A stretch of DNA of 64,000 bases from assembly GCF_036971445.1 (NCBI RefSeq), contig NC_091471.1:195424001-195488000 (forward strand), written 5' to 3'. Numbering within the stretch: position 1 is the stretch's first letter; each line of letters opens with the position of its first letter. The notes beneath the pieces were generated by a model. That model was not told the origin of the DNA. It did no database searches and saw nothing but the letters and a program-made list of their open reading frames with translations. This DNA comes from Narcine bancroftii (lineage: Eukaryota). A program made the position numbers and the translations under genes. Below, piece by piece: positions 26,251 through 39,435 of this stretch.

Positions 26251-26590
26251 GGCCTTTTTACACAGTAAACCCACTTAATTGGCATGTGAACAACTTGTTT
26301 TTAAAGGCAGCTTGGGTTGTTCACACTGAACCAAGAAATGATGCATCAGTGCAACCTTTTACCTAAGCAAGCCAGAATCCCAGAGTAAAAGGAGGCAGGA
26401 CCTGTAGCATTATAGTGTTAAACCCTCTAGTCAGAAGCCATTGTAAAACACATCGGCTCTGATACCACCTACCTTGACAGTATCAGACATGGGATAACAA
26501 TGACCCCCCCATTCCACCTTTTTACAGGTAGGTGAAGTGTTTAAATGGCAGTTAATTCCTGTTTTTTTTATGTCTGTGTAAAAGGGACTA
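26251..26590. mobile_element. Non-autonomous TIR element (Harbinger/PIF-like)
   Basis: ccttttTacacag ... ctgtgtaaaaggg inverted termini, similar to the 37742 element. Confidence 0.5.
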
Positions 26591-27156
26591 AGGTGTCTGA
26601 GTACTCCATTCCTTAGGGTACTTCCTTGCTGAAGAATAGAGAACCACCCTGGACCGGGATGAAGGGGGCCAAAAAGTGACCACCCACAGCACCTAAAGAG
26701 GCAAGGCATAGAAGAATATGGTCCTAATGCATACAAATGGGCAGAAAAGACTGGCATGGATGTGATGGTCTGAAGACAATTTCAGGTAACCCTCATGCCC
26801 CATGTTCCTTTCCCAATCACGCTAGATCACTCAAGTTATCTATCCTTATTGTTCAACTTTTCATTCCCTCTTCCTTGTTACTTAGATTTGTTATTTTCTT
26901 CTCCCTGTTCCATCTTGCCATCATACCTGTCTTATCAGGCTCCACCTTTACCTTCCCAGCCTGTCCCACTCTTGTCCCCCACTCGACTTCTTCTGCCATC
27001 AATTCCCCCCCCATCTGATTTCACCAATTGTCTCCCAGCTTCATATCACCTTCTCTCCTACTTCCATCTACTGCTCATCTTCCCTCCACTCTCCTGAATC
27101 TCAACATGAAATATTTACCTGCCTTTGCCTCCACAGATACCTTATCACTTCCTCAT

Positions 27157-27381
27157 TGTAGCACTGTCAATTAGACCTTACAGACCAGAAGTCATGATTA
27201 ATAGGCTTTAATCACTATAAACTTACAATCAAATCTTACATGCTGTTGGCCCAATTCCAAGGCAGTACTGAGGGAAGTGATTGGGCAGTGCCACCTTTAT
27301 TAAGAATCCTGGAGGGGGAGGAGTTACAGTATCGGGGGTGGGCCAACCAGTATAATGCATGTATTACAGTGTTCTACCACA
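27157..27381 (-). mobile_element. Solo LTR related to Gypsy B LTRs
   Basis: TG...ACCACA ends; shares ggcccaattccaag, aataggcttta and ggaggagttacag-like blocks with 21986..22221 and 18876..19088. Confidence 0.7.
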
Positions 27382-27699
27382 CTGAGTTCTAGCAGTTTAT
27401 TTTTTTTACTCCAAATTCTATCATCTGCCATTTCTTTTATCCTATTTATTCCTCCCCACCTTAACACAGTTAAAACTAATGTGATTTTTTTCACAGTTCT
27501 CCAGTGTTCAATGTGAAAAGTGAATCCTTTTCCTCTTTTCACAGATGCTGCCTGATCTGCTGAGTGTTTTCAAAATACTCTGGGTTTTTTAATTCCAATA
27601 TTTATCTCGGGGAATTCCCCTTTTGTATTCACTCCATCAATCCCCTCAACAACCATGTGTTTCAATAAATTCACCTCTCAGTTCTCGAAACTTCATGAG

Positions 27700-28600
27700 T
27701 ATTTACACCCAAGACTGTGTGGCTCAGTATGAAAACACCGCCAATGACAAATTCGCTGATGATACCATCATAGTGGGTAGTATAAATAAGGGCAATGAGT
27801 CAGCATACAGGCGGAAGATTAAAAACTTGGCTGGATCGTACACCAACAACAATCTTACACTCAATGGCACCAACAAGCTGAATTCAGGATGAGAAAACCA
27901 GAGGTGTATGATCCAGTGATCAGAGGTGGAGAGGGTGAGCAAATTTTTCTTGGTAGTCATCATCTCAGAGGATCTTTCCTGGACCCAACACACTAATGGC
28001 ATCATGAAGAATGCACGTCAGTGCCTCTATTTCCTCAGAAGTTTGCTGAGCTTTGGTATGAATTCAGAAACCCTGGCAAATTTCTACAGTGGTGTAGTAG
28101 AAATTGTGCTGACTGGGTGCATCACGGTCAGGTATGGGAATACCAATACCCCCCTGGGTGTAAAGCCCTGCAAAAGGTAGTGAACACAGTCCAGGTTATC
28201 ACAGGCAAAACCCTCCCCACCATGCAGAACGTTTACAGTGGCAGCAATCATCAAGGATCCAGAGCACCCAACGCAGGCTCTGTTCTCACTGCTGCCATCA
28301 GGAAAGAGGTGTAGGTGCCACAAGACTCGCACCACCGGGTTCAGGACCAGCTGCTCCCTTTCCATCATCAGACTCCTCAACAACCAACTCAATCAGGGAC
28401 TCATTTAAGGACTCTTACTTCTGCACTTTATTGTCCTGTATTGCAGTCATTTTGTTTACATTTCTTTATTGGTTTACATGTGTATGTGGTAGAATTTATT
28501 GCTTGCACTACCGATAAACAGTCATTCTGCCTCGCCTGCCAGATAAAGAATCTCAGGGTCGTGTGCAATGTCATGTATATACTTTTGACAATAAATCTGA
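27700..28600 (+). mobile_element. Rex1/Babar-type LINE, 3' part
   Basis: YTQDCVA...KFADDTIIVG...ESAYRR; ERVSKF...ISEDLSW...ARQCLYFLR...LTGCITV; AATAAA plus TCTGAA tail. Confidence 0.85.
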
Positions 28601-30628
28601 AAAAGGGCCCAATCTAACCAAGTTTTGGTCTTTTGTCATTCCTACATCCTGGGATTCAACCTTTTCTGCAGTGCCTCCACTCTATATTTTTCCTGAAATA
28701 AGACCAACTTTACATACAAGTGCAGTGTCATCAGTGCCTTGCATTGAACTGCCCTATTTTATCCTCCTTAACTCTTCATCACCACATTAATCTTTATAAT
28801 TATTTTCTGTATCTGGATACTGGCTTTTTCCATTTCATGAATACCCCAGATCCTCCTGCAATGTTATGCAGCTTCACTTCACTTAAATAAATTTCTTTCT
28901 CTTTCTTCCTTCCAATGTGCTTAATCTCGATTTCGCCACATTACTCCTCATCTGTCAATTTCTTGCCCTCTCTTGTAACCTGTCTATATACTTCTGCAAA
29001 CACTGCATCCTCTTCATAGACTATATTTGAATCATCACTCATTTTCTTTCCAGGACACGCTGTTTCTTCATCCAAGCAAATAATGCGGACTTTAAATTGT
29101 TGAGGCCTCTTGCTGATCTTCTACGGAGAAATACATGAACCACAAATGCCGGAATTGTGATCAAACTGTTATGCTTTTTACACAGCCACTTCGTGCTGGT
29201 AAATTATTCCCTTTGTTCCAGAATGCGTGCCTATTTAGATACCGCCATTAGGTAAACCCTTATGTCAATGTGTTTACTTGCATTTTGCTCAAGGTTAATG
29301 TATGCTGATTGGCAAATGGACACGTGTGTCTTGTATGCCTCCACTCATTGCCCGGCCAAGGGGAATGTTAAAAATAGTTAACAGTTAATGGGCAACTAAT
29401 TGGGACATCAATAAAGCGAGGGTTAGAACCAGTGTGTTGCGCAGAGGAAGGCATGTCCCAATATTTGCTAAAACAGGATGAGGTACAAAGAAAGGAAATG
29501 TAAAGTACGCAATCCACAGATGACCAGAGCATTGGAATGTCTCACCAATGACACTGGGCAGTGAGGGATCTGAACCCCGTCCATCCTCCTTGCTTCATTG
29601 GCATTCAAATTACTGCTCGCGTGTCTAAAGCCACCTGCTTCCCTCCATGCTCCATAGGCAAACAGATCAGGAGTGGCAGGAGTGGGATTGATAATTAGTA
29701 GGGCCTTTCATACAGTGAAAGAGCCCAACTGTAAAGGTGGAGATTCTCTGCCCTTACGTCGGGAAACTTACCTCCATGAATGTGCCGTGGCTGGCTGCAA
29801 AGCACCGAGTGCAATCGCTCTCAGGAAGAATAATTAGCAGAGCGTGGCACTCCACCGCCTCACACGTATTGCTGCTGCAAGCAGCTGGTTAGGGGCAGGC
29901 TGATGATGTTGCAATGACACCATCAGCCAGCGACCCATCTTCCCTCTCTCTCCCACCCACTCACCCCTCGCTCTCCATGACCCCCTCCTGGCAGGGGCGG
30001 CCGGTGGAGGCCATCAGGTCAGGGGTGGTTGGCGGGGGCCGTCAGGCAAGGAGGGCCATCAAGGCAGGGGCTGTCAGGGTAGGGGTTGCTGGTGGAAGCT
30101 GTCAGGGTGAAGGCCATCAGGCAGTTGGCGATGGCTGTCAAGGGGTGGCCAGTGCGGGCGGAGACAGCCACACCAAGTTGCTTTGGCCTTTGGGGCTGCT
30201 CTTTGCAGCTCAAAACACGGCAGAACAATGGCCGTCTTCCCTACCTATAATCCCCCTCGCCACTGAAACTGTTCAGGGAAACAGAGCATTCCAGCTTAAT
30301 GGGTGATTATGGGTAGGGAAGACAGCCATTGCTCTGCCGCTCATTTATAATGAGTGGCATTACTGTACCAGTTGATCCACCTCCATCAGCTCTGGAGGGT
30401 TCTATGTGGTGCGGCTGGACATGAATGTGACACTGGAGCAAAGGCAAGTTTATATTTTTCCTTCCGTGCTTCTAGCCGGGCTCCAGGAGGAGGCTTGGTG
30501 TGAAAGGGCCTATTGTTTGTGTCTCTGGATGATGTTAGGGAAAGAGGAGAATGGAGAGGTGTTGCATCACCTCCAGTTGCGCATAAAGATGGCATGGGGA
30601 GGAAAAGAGGGAAGGTCCAGAGTCACAA

Positions 30629-31827
30629 AGACCCCTTCAAACTGCAGCACCTGAATATTGCTTCTGGGACTTGGGTGTGATTACTGGGTCTTGTGTTCAG
30701 GATGCAGCTTTCAAATCAAAGGTGGACCTACCTGCTAAATAGCCAAGCCAGTGATTTAATGGGGATCTCGCCCCTGTGATGACACAGTGAATGATGTGTC
30801 ACAAATTAACTCTCATGAACTTTGTCTGATCAAAAAGTATTGTCTTAAAGTTTGTGATTAATGCAATGTGCAGCCGCCCGTAATTCACACACAAGTTGCA
30901 TTAATGTATTAGAAGTCTATTTCTTACCTGCCATTTGGTTCTCAGCTGGCAGGTCAATCAGTGGGCAACTGGGACAGGCTGCTAGTGGGCCAGTCAGTGG
31001 GTGACCGAGACGAGCTGTTGGCAAGGCAGTCAGCAGGCGACGGGGTGGGCTACCAGTGGGCCAGTCAGCGGGTGACCGGGACAGGCTGTCAGTGGGCCAG
31101 TCAGCGGGTGACCAGATTAGCCTGTTGGCGGGGCAGTCAGAGAGTGACCGGGGCAGGCTGTTGGTGGGGCGGTCAGAGGGTGACCAGGGTGGGTGGCTGG
31201 CATACAGTCAGTGGGCAAGTCAGGTGGGGTGTTGGCGGGGCAGAGGGCGACCAGGACGGGCTGTTGGCAGGGCAGTCAGCGAGCGACGGGGTGGGCTACC
31301 AGTGGGCCAGTCAGCGGGTGACCGGGACAGGCTGTCAGTGGGCCAGTCAGCGGGTGACTAGATTGGCCTGTTGGCGGGGCAGTCAGAGAGTGACCGGGGC
31401 AGGCTGTTGGCGGGGCGGTCAGAGGGTGACCAGGGTGGGTGGCTGGCGTACAGTCAGTGGGCAAGTGAGGTGGGGTGTTGGCGGGGCAGAGGGCAACCAG
31501 GACGGGCTGTTGGTGGGGCAGTCAGAGGGCTTGGGATGTCTTTGCTGTTGTTTCTGCATTCACTGGAAGTTCATAATGCCTGCACTGCAATGCCTGCATT
31601 GCTGATGTCATTGGAGTGAGCAGGTCAGCCATTTTCATTTTCAAATAGGCTGTGGAGGAGACCTGGGTAAGTTTAACTGGTTTCCCTGACTATGAGTTAG
31701 GTCAGGGACCCAGTTGGGTTCTGACTGGGTTGATCCAGTTGGACCCTTTCAGATTGCCATGTAACTTGGGCACTAACCATGCAAATTGCCTGGTTAACCC
31801 CATTTTACGTGCAGTTTGAATGGACCT
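30629..31827. mobile_element. Non-autonomous TIR element (Harbinger-like) with an internal GC-rich tandem array
   Basis: ttcaaactgca ... tgcagtttgaa termini; subterminal regions homologous to 31915..32652. Confidence 0.6.
30950..31530. repeat. G-rich minisatellite (~30-36 nt units) with a 246-bp higher-order duplication
   Basis: gcagtcagcgggtgaccgggacaggctg-like units; the block starting at 31037 is repeated at 31283. Confidence 0.85.
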
Positions 31828-31914
31828 AAAGTGAGCAGTCCCTGTATAATAGAAAAAAAGGAAGACAAGAGGAAGTTATTATAGTGCCAGCAACCTTGGT
31901 TGGAATCTAGCAGC

Positions 31915-32652
31915 ATCCAGGTAGCCCTCCTGGGATCTGGGTGTGATTACTGGGTCGTGAGTGCAGGATATATCTTTCAAATCGTAGCCAGACTTACTTG
32001 ATAAACTGCCAACCCGGCGATTTAAGGGGGATCCTGCCCCTGCGATAACGCACAGAGGAACGCCATGCAGTCAATTTTAAAGTTCTCCTAAACGCGACCC
32101 GCCCCAGCTGTCAGTTGCACCTCCCCTCCTCCCCGCAACGCCACTTTCTCTAATGGTGGTTTGGGGGGCGGAGTGGTTGCTGCCGCTCTGGTTTGCGGCG
32201 ACGGCTCAATGCGGGAGCAATGGCAGCACCAGTGTGGTTCCAGCAGTGTGGGGAATTATAGGTAATTCCACATTGAGCCGTTGCCATGAACCAGAGTGGC
32301 GATCGCAGCAGCAGCACATCACGGCCCCCACCCGATTGCGGCAGCTGCACATCATGACCCCCCCCCCCCCGCTTCATGGCAGCGGCACTTCAGCCAGGGG
32401 TTTGGTGCACACATGTAAGCACTGATGCCACCAGTGTAACCAGGTTGGCCATATCCTCTTTTAATTCACTGGAGCAGGATGCTTGAGAAGTTTTACTGGG
32501 TCTGCTGACCACCTCTGAGGTAGGTCTGGGACCCGGTTGGGTTTTGACTGTGTTGACCTAGTTGGATCCTTTCAAATAGCCGTGTACCTGAGTCGTCAAC
32601 CGAGCAAATTGCCCAGTTAAACCCTTTTTACATGGCAATTTGAAAGAGCCTA
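31915..32652. mobile_element. Second copy of the 30629 TIR family with a different interior
   Basis: ctgggatctgggtgtgattactgggtc and gggacccggttgggttttgactg blocks shared with 30629..31827. Confidence 0.6.
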
Positions 32653-33120
32653 CTGTCTGTCAGGAATTTGTATGCTCTCCCAGTGACCTGCATGGGTCTC
32701 CTCCCACCCTCCCAAAATTGTACAGGGTTTGTAGGTTTATTGGTGCATTAGGTCAGCATGGGTACATGGACCAGAAATGCCTGTTACTGAGCCTCATTTC
32801 TAAAATATAAAAAAAATAAAATGACTGGTGGTAGGATCACATTGGAGATAGTGAAAATTGTACAAGATAATAAATTGAATGTGAAAGCTGATGGGGTGAA
32901 AGGTCAGAGCCAGGGGAACTTTGTTCTGTTCCAGCAGGCAGCGGTGAGAGCAGACCTATGGGAAATAATGTGGTTTAGAGCTCCAGCCACAAATGGTAAA
33001 TGGGGAAGCTGTATTTCAGGAAGAACATCAATGAAGGCCTCATCATTGGAATAAATATGGTCAGAGATGACAAAACTGAGAAAAAGGAATTGATTTTCAA
33101 ATGTAAGATTTTTCATCGAT

Positions 33121-33126
33121 TTTATT
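33121..33126 (-). terminator. Candidate CTSO polyadenylation signal
   Basis: AATAAA on the minus strand about 670 nt after the stop, just before TE-derived sequence begins; no transcript evidence. Confidence 0.4.
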
Positions 33127-33797
33127 TTTAATATTGTCCTTTTATATATTTGTAAACTTCCATAATGGAATAAATTGCATGGGAAGACTCATCTCTATTT
33201 TCAGTGAGGAATTCTTAATGTTAAATATCGACACTGACAACTTACACACTTCTCTGGCAAGAAGTTGATCCCTGTTTCTCTGAGTTGCTGGATTAAAATA
33301 CTGCAAATCTCAAATAAACCATAGCTGCAATTGGTGGTTCACCAGCTATTTCTAAAGGTCATGTGGGGTATGACTTTAAATTACAATCCAGTTATCTCCC
33401 TGTAAAAAGCAGACATGTAAATTTTCTGAGGCTGATCTATTGTGAAGTAGATTGCCCAATGGTAGTGTATTAGAGGTAGTGCCATGAGTTGACGATTTTC
33501 TGGCCTGCAGCAGAAACTTTGGCACAGAGCTGAAGAAGCTTTCAGGTGAAAGCTGCTCGAATCCAAAGAATTGGAATGACTTCAGCAGGAATTAGGAATA
33601 CAACCTGAGGCAAGCAGTCTGAATCTTCTCCATAAAATCTCCTTCATGCAAAGTATGTTGGTGGGTTCCTTTGTAGATATGCACTTTAAAAGCACAATTT
33701 TCCACTATTCCCTGCAGACTCAATGTCATCAAAATGCTTCAGATTTATGTTTGTGATGAGAAGCTATCCCACAGAGAGACGTGAAAATAGTTTCATC

Positions 33798-33832
33798 TCA
33801 CACAAATCCTACTGCAATGGAATCAGCAATAC
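33798..33832 (-). CDS. CTSO: Cathepsin O exon 8: GIADSIAVGFV*
   Basis: TTTCCTAG acceptor; matches the CTSO C-terminus (human GIADSVSSIFV); TGA stop. Confidence 0.92.
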
Positions 33833-34169
33833 CTAGGAAAAGGAGAAACATTTCCAATTTATAATACTTTCCAATATTTACTTTCAAATTATTTCCCTTC
33901 CCCCTCACATAAAATGGTGAAGAGGCTTGCTTGTGTGGCTCATTCAACACCTGTCGCCACAAGCAATGGAATTCATTACGGAGAATGATCTGTCTAGTTT
34001 GAATTACAGTATATACAGTATTTGGACTTTTATGAGAATGTATTCACCTTGGTGGATGGTGAGGAGTGGATTGGAATGAATGATGTACTATGTTGAAATT
34101 GAGCACATCATCTCAGATACTGGGTTAGTATATTGCTGAAATATGAAATAAAAGGGCTTTCTTGACAGT

Positions 34170-34416
34170 ACACAAAAGCACTGGATAAACTCAGCAGGTC
34201 AAGCAGCCCCCATGGAAAGCAAAAGATAATTCATCAAGAGGGCTGAAAATCAATCAGACACCTGAATAAGAAGATTGTTGGAGGGTGGCAAGGGCTAGAA
34301 GGTGATAGGAGGATACAGGGGGGAGGGAGAAGAGAAAGGATCTAAGAAAAGGGCAGAGGGTTAATTAAGATAGCTCTATGATAGAAGGAAGGGGTGGAGC
34401 TGGAGGGAGAGGGATG

Positions 34417-34460
<44 letters not shown>

Positions 34461-34680
34461 GGGGTGGGGAGTTAATGGAAATTGGAGAAGTAAATATTGA
34501 TGCCATCTGGTTGGGCACTGCCAAGATGGAAATAAGGTGTTATTCCTCCAATTTCCCATTGGTATCAACCCAAGGCCATGGACAGTCATGTCAGTGTGGC
34601 AATAGGGTGTTGGCCTTGGGAGGACTTTCTGAGGTTATCTGTATGCTTAATGAAGCTGTTTACTGAATGATCTCCATGAA
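34170..34680 (-). mobile_element. Dispersed repeat, probably Penelope-like-derived (relatives near 26770-27140, 32820-33090, 54970-55830)
   Basis: Recurring ctgga..aactcagcaggtcaagcagc motif followed by a purine-rich tract; the family call is from recall only. Confidence 0.4.
34423..34457. repeat. (AG)n microsatellite
   Basis: Perfect AG run. Confidence 0.95.
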
Positions 34681-35450
34681 TAAATCAAAACTTTTTTTTG
34701 CATTAACTGGCTAATTCAATAAATGGATAACTGGGAATTGTTCCTGTTTGAAAAGTGCATCATGTGAGTACAGTGACCTTTATTCCATCGTGACTTGAAT
34801 ACTGAAATATTTAGATTTCAGCCTTTGATCAGTGTTGGCCCTCTTCTCTCAGAGTCAAGGTTGTGTGAGTTTAGTAAATTTGTACCAGTATTAAGTGACC
34901 AGTGAGTTTGTAAAGGTCACCTACCTATTTGGCTTGACAAATGCCCTTCCTTGGCTTCTTTCCCTGGGATTAAATAACAGCATCTACTTTGGTTCCTGGA
35001 AACTGACGTTAATTGAAAGATTCGAGGACATGGTGGCATGAAATGTGTCAGCAATAAAAGGGATGGCCAGATCTTATTTCTCTAATGCCACAGATAGTCT
35101 GCACATTTCCTGGTTTTCTTCCGTCTGAACTGAAATCCAACAGGGGGAGTGGGGGTACTCCACATTGCTGGAAGTTTATTATGAACATCTGGATTAGTGG
35201 CTCTGCTTTGTGTGAATTTATTGAGCCCCAAAATAAAACAAATGTGCACAGCACAATAAAGGAACCTTGAATATTTAAAGTTGCAGGAGAAAGAAAAATA
35301 GATTGATTCTTAGTAGGTGCTACATTGAATGAGAAGAGTAGTTTAACATTGAGTACCTGGACAACAGCATAAACTATCAAGAGCATTAAAATTTAAAGTA
35401 CATTCTCCAAATGAATGACAACTTTTTAATGAACTGCACAGAAAACTTAC

Positions 35451-35543
35451 CACAAACATTTCTTCCCATTTTGATGTGGACGTAGCCATTGATTCCCCAT
35501 TTTTCTCCCCATGAATTCCTCACTATCCAATAAGGAATATCAC
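35451..35543 (-). CDS. CTSO: Cathepsin O exon 7 (93 nt): [31 protein letters not shown]
   Basis: Catalytic Asn motif YWIVRNSWG; AACAG acceptor, GTAAGT donor. Confidence 0.97.
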
Positions 35544-36225
35544 CTGTTTTCACAAAAAAAGGTATGAATGAATTTCATGTCATATTTGCGGATTTTGTGT
35601 CACAGAAAACAAATTTTCTATAACAAATTATAGGGCTGTTGTCATCAACTTCATGACTAATCAAGCAAAGGACCACTATCTGTTTTTTTGTTGTTTTTAA
35701 TTTTAGAGTGGAATTATTCAAGATGTCAAATAATACTTTTGATGAAAGTGATACGTCAGAACAATAATTGGATTTATATCCTTACGTACTCAGGTTATAT
35801 TCCATTAATATTAGACTCTTTTGAACTGTTTCCCTGAAATTTTGATATTAAGTATAATAGGTTGTTAATTTGTAATGTGAGTAGGAAGGAATTAACGTTA
35901 AACTGATGATATATTGTGGCCAATATTAGTAACCATATTGCATGAGTAAATGTAGCAAAGCATTGCTTGTAAAATAGTGTTGGAAATGCTTATTTTGTAT
36001 TTGTAAGAAATATGAATTTGGGTCACAAAACAATGTGAAATGGAAATTAAAGTAACATTGATCATGCTTTCTTTTAAAATGCACACAATGATGTTTCAGT
36101 TTTTAAAGTTATTAACAAGTGGTCTTTAAAGACTTTAACACTTGGATAACACAACAGTCTTCCTCAGCAAAGGACAAAGTCCCTTTCTCTCCACAAAAAT
36201 ATACACCAGCATGATAGAGTAAATA

Positions 36226-36654
36226 CAGTATGACTCCGATTATCCAAAATTGTATTCTCAGAAATCCTCATTTATCTGAATTTTTAAAAAAAATTTTGGA
36301 TAAATGAGGATATCTGAAACAAATCAGAAATCTTCATTTGTCCGATTTTTTTTTCCAGAGCTGAACTGACCGGGGACCTTGGGTCAGTTGGCGGCAACGC
36401 AGACCTTGGGCTCCCAGCAGAGCGGGGCCTCGGTAGGGAGGTGTTGGTGATTGGCAGTGGCCAGCATTTTTTTGGGTGAGAATTAAACATTACTTTAATG
36501 CTTAAAAAGCCTTACCTTGTTTGTTTAAACACTGTTACAAGTGATTTGCTGTTGCTACTGGGCTACTTTAAAAAAAAGACTAGTTCTCAGAAAAAAAATG
36601 GTTTATCAAAAATAGGCTTGGTCCCAACCATTTTGGATAATCCGAGAAGTACTA
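36226..36654. mobile_element. Tc1/mariner (Tigger-like) MITE
   Basis: TA|CAGTATGACTCCGATTATCCAAAAT ... TTTTGGATAATCCGAGAAGTACTA|TA; same family as 49245. Confidence 0.75.
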
Positions 36655-36819
36655 TAAATCCTCCAAAACCAAAAGGCAAAGAACTGATAGGAGTCAGGAA
36701 CTTAATCCAAATATGGAACATGTTGCTTGAAAAGAAATGGAGACTGGAAAACGACTACTTTCTCTAGACATTGTTATGAGAATTTTTAAGAGATTTTCTA
36801 CTGAGTTTTAAGAATAGAT

Positions 36820-37185
36820 CATTGCTGTTCAAAAAAGGATCCAAAAGTAGATCTGGTGATTATAGGCCTGTAAGTCTGACATTGGTGGAGGGTAAATTAA
36901 TGGAGAGTGTTCTTAGAGATGGTATATACAACTATTTGGAAAGGCAGGGATTGATTTGGAGTAGTCAGCATGGTTTTGTACGTGGAAGATCATGTCTAAC
37001 AAATCTTATAGTCTTTCAAGGAGGTTACTAAAAAGGTTGATGAGGAGAAGGCAGTGGACTTTAGTAAGGCTTTTGATAAGGTTCCCCGTAAGAGGTTAGT
37101 AAGGAGGGTGGAAGCATTAGGTATGAATGATAAATTAGTGAAATGGATTCAACAGTGGTTAGATGGGAGATGTCAGAGAGAAGTC
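36820..37185 (+). mobile_element. CR1 RT fragment
   Basis: LFKKGSKSRSGDYRPVSLT...QHGFVRGRSCLTNL. Confidence 0.85.
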
Positions 37186-37410
37186 GAATGTTGAAAGATG
37201 GGCAGTTCAGCAAGTCAAATTCCAGGGTATAAATTCTTATGCAGTGATGTTAATATGGTGTTCTCCATTCTTTATCTTTGTTTTTTTCTGTATTTAGAAT
37301 ACATTTAAAATTGAAATTAGAATGAGCTCATAAGAGGAACAAGTTGGATGTTTCAGTCAAATGGTAAACTGAACTATATTGATTTCACTTATTAATTGCA
37401 TTGCACTTAC

Positions 37411-37574
37411 CTGTTTTGTCATAACCAGTGATGACTACTGCATGATTGGGTTCTTCATGAGAGCAATGGTGCTGTATAATGCCACCCAGATAGTCCTGCC
37501 AACTTACTGCATCAACAACTGCCACCAAAGGCCCCCATTCCAATAGTTTTTGCATCAGTTTTTCTTCATTGTAT
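37411..37574 (-). CDS. CTSO: Cathepsin O exon 6 (164 nt): YNEEKLMQKLLEWGPLVAVVDAVSWQDYLGGIIQHHCSHEEPNHAVVITGYDKT
   Basis: Catalytic His (NHAV); SWQDYLGGIIQHHCS is typical of CTSO; TGCAG acceptor, GTAAGT donor. Confidence 0.97.
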
Positions 37575-37741
37575 CTGCACAAGAATAATTTTTACACCAA
37601 TGGGATGTCAAATACCTATTTTTAGGAATTTGGATTCATGACAGTTGCAGGTTAAACATTGGCCATGTCATGGAAGGACACCAAGGCTCTTTTTAAATCA
37701 GCCAAGCTAATTCTGTTGAGCAGAAGACTGCACATCTAAAA

Positions 37742-38530
37742 CCCCTTTCACATTGGCACCTTATCCTAGTAATTAACGGCCAGTATACTGGTTAAATGGC
37801 CAGTGTGAACACTCGTGAATTGGCACACAGGGATCAAATCACCTCAGGGAGTGTAGCATCCCTGGGGTCATCTGACACCTGCCAGTCAATTAGCCCAATG
37901 TGAAAGGGACATGGACTATTCAGGGACTAAGTAGTGATGCGCTGATTGCATGAGTGTAGGAACGTGAAGGAAACAAAAGATTAAAAAGAAGGTATAAACT
38001 TTTAATTCAATTTACTAAATCCTGATCAATGTATTATGATCTTGTATTTAAACAAAATTAATCATCCCTAATTATTAACATAATTAAACATTATGTACAG
38101 CACAGTATGAGCTATTCAGCCCCTGTTGTTGAGCCAACCTATATAAAATTTATAAATTTTTAAAGAAACGTGGTAAAGTGTTAGCAGCAATAAAACAATT
38201 TATAGAGTGAGAGAGAGAGAGAGATGGAGCGAGCGATGGCGGACCTGCACTCCCAGAATAGCGTGCGGCATAGAAAGGGGTGAATTCATGGCAGACTTAT
38301 GGAGGGATTTCTCTGCCACACGCAATTCTGGGAGGGGAGGTCTGCCATCGCTTGTTGCATCACTCAAACATTGCGGGTGGAGGATAGGTGCCCCTCTCCC
38401 CAGGGATGCCTTGTGGTGAGTGTGAAAGGATGCAGAGACAGATTAACAGTGGTCCAGTGTGAACAGCAAAGTGACTTCTTTAACTGGTTCATTGAACAGC
38501 CAATTTATGCATTAGCCAGTGTGAAAAGGG
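37742..38530. mobile_element. Non-autonomous TIR element (Harbinger/PIF-like)
   Basis: cccctttcacattggc ... gccagtgtgaaaaggg, a 14/16 inverted match. Confidence 0.65.
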
Positions 38531-38639
38531 CTCAACTTGGATGCCTGCCTCAATTTTGTGTTTGATTTATTAATAAATAAATCAACCATTATCCAATCTA
38601 TTGGTGAAATCAGTTCTTTGGGATGAACAGCCAACAATT

Positions 38640-38800
38640 TTTTTTTGAGACATACAACATGGTTACAGGCCCTTCTGCCACGAGCCCGGGCTGCCCAAAT
38701 ACCCCAATTAACCTACAGCCTCCATACGCTTTGAATGGTGGGAGGAAACTGAAGCACAGAGGTAACACTGGGAGAACATACAAACAGTGCCAACATTGAA
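38640..38800 (-). mobile_element. V-SINE
   Basis: Reverse-complement V-SINE core ggtgggaggaaactgaagcac...gggagaacatacaaac. Confidence 0.7.
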
Positions 38801-38887
38801 CCCAGCTCACTGGTACTCTCCTTCCCTAACCATAGATGTGGCTCGACTAGCTGAGTATTTTCAATGGTTCCTGTTTTATATTTTAGA

Positions 38888-39072
38888 CCAGCCATTCTCC
38901 GTGGTGGGGGGGGGAGAGAAACAGCACATTTTAGGGAGCCCATGGACTGAATGTTCTTTTTATGTTGTCAGTAGGAGAGAAGAATGGAAGAAACTAACTA
39001 ACCTTGACTGCTTCACAAGGAAAGCAGCCCATAAACTCTGTGCAGATTCCTAAAGTAGTTGAGAATAGCTGG
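38888..39072. mobile_element. Short TIR MITE (6126-like termini)
   Basis: ccagccattctc ... gagaatagctgg. Confidence 0.55.
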
Positions 39073-39435
39073 TTTAGATTTCCACTATTGGGAGTTTAGC
39101 TTTCTATTTTCAATTCCCAGTTGCATGAACAATGCCTATTTTCTAGAAGAAAGTATTTTTTTTCTGAATGAGGCAATCGAAGAATAAAATAGAAATGTGC
39201 CTTTCTGGATGGAAAGATAACATGGATAAAGATGTTAATATTAAGCTGATAATTTAAGTGCAAGAGAACATTAAAAAAGAGGAAAACATACAAAGAGAAA
39301 TTACCACTAACTGACAGCACGTGGATTTGAAAAGGTTAGATCATGTCTGAATATGGCTGTCTTTTATGAAAAGGTGGTAGAAAGAGCAGCTAGGGAATGA
39401 TCCATGGATCTTATTCATCTGTAATTCTAGAAGAG

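Noticed and set aside
30950-31530. Possible CRISPR-like repeat array
   Set aside because: These are contiguous degenerate tandem units with no unique spacers and no cas genes, in a vertebrate context.
30961-31605. 214-aa repeat ORF (QWASQRVTG...)
   Set aside because: It is a product of the G-rich tandem array inside a TIR element, with no splice or domain evidence.
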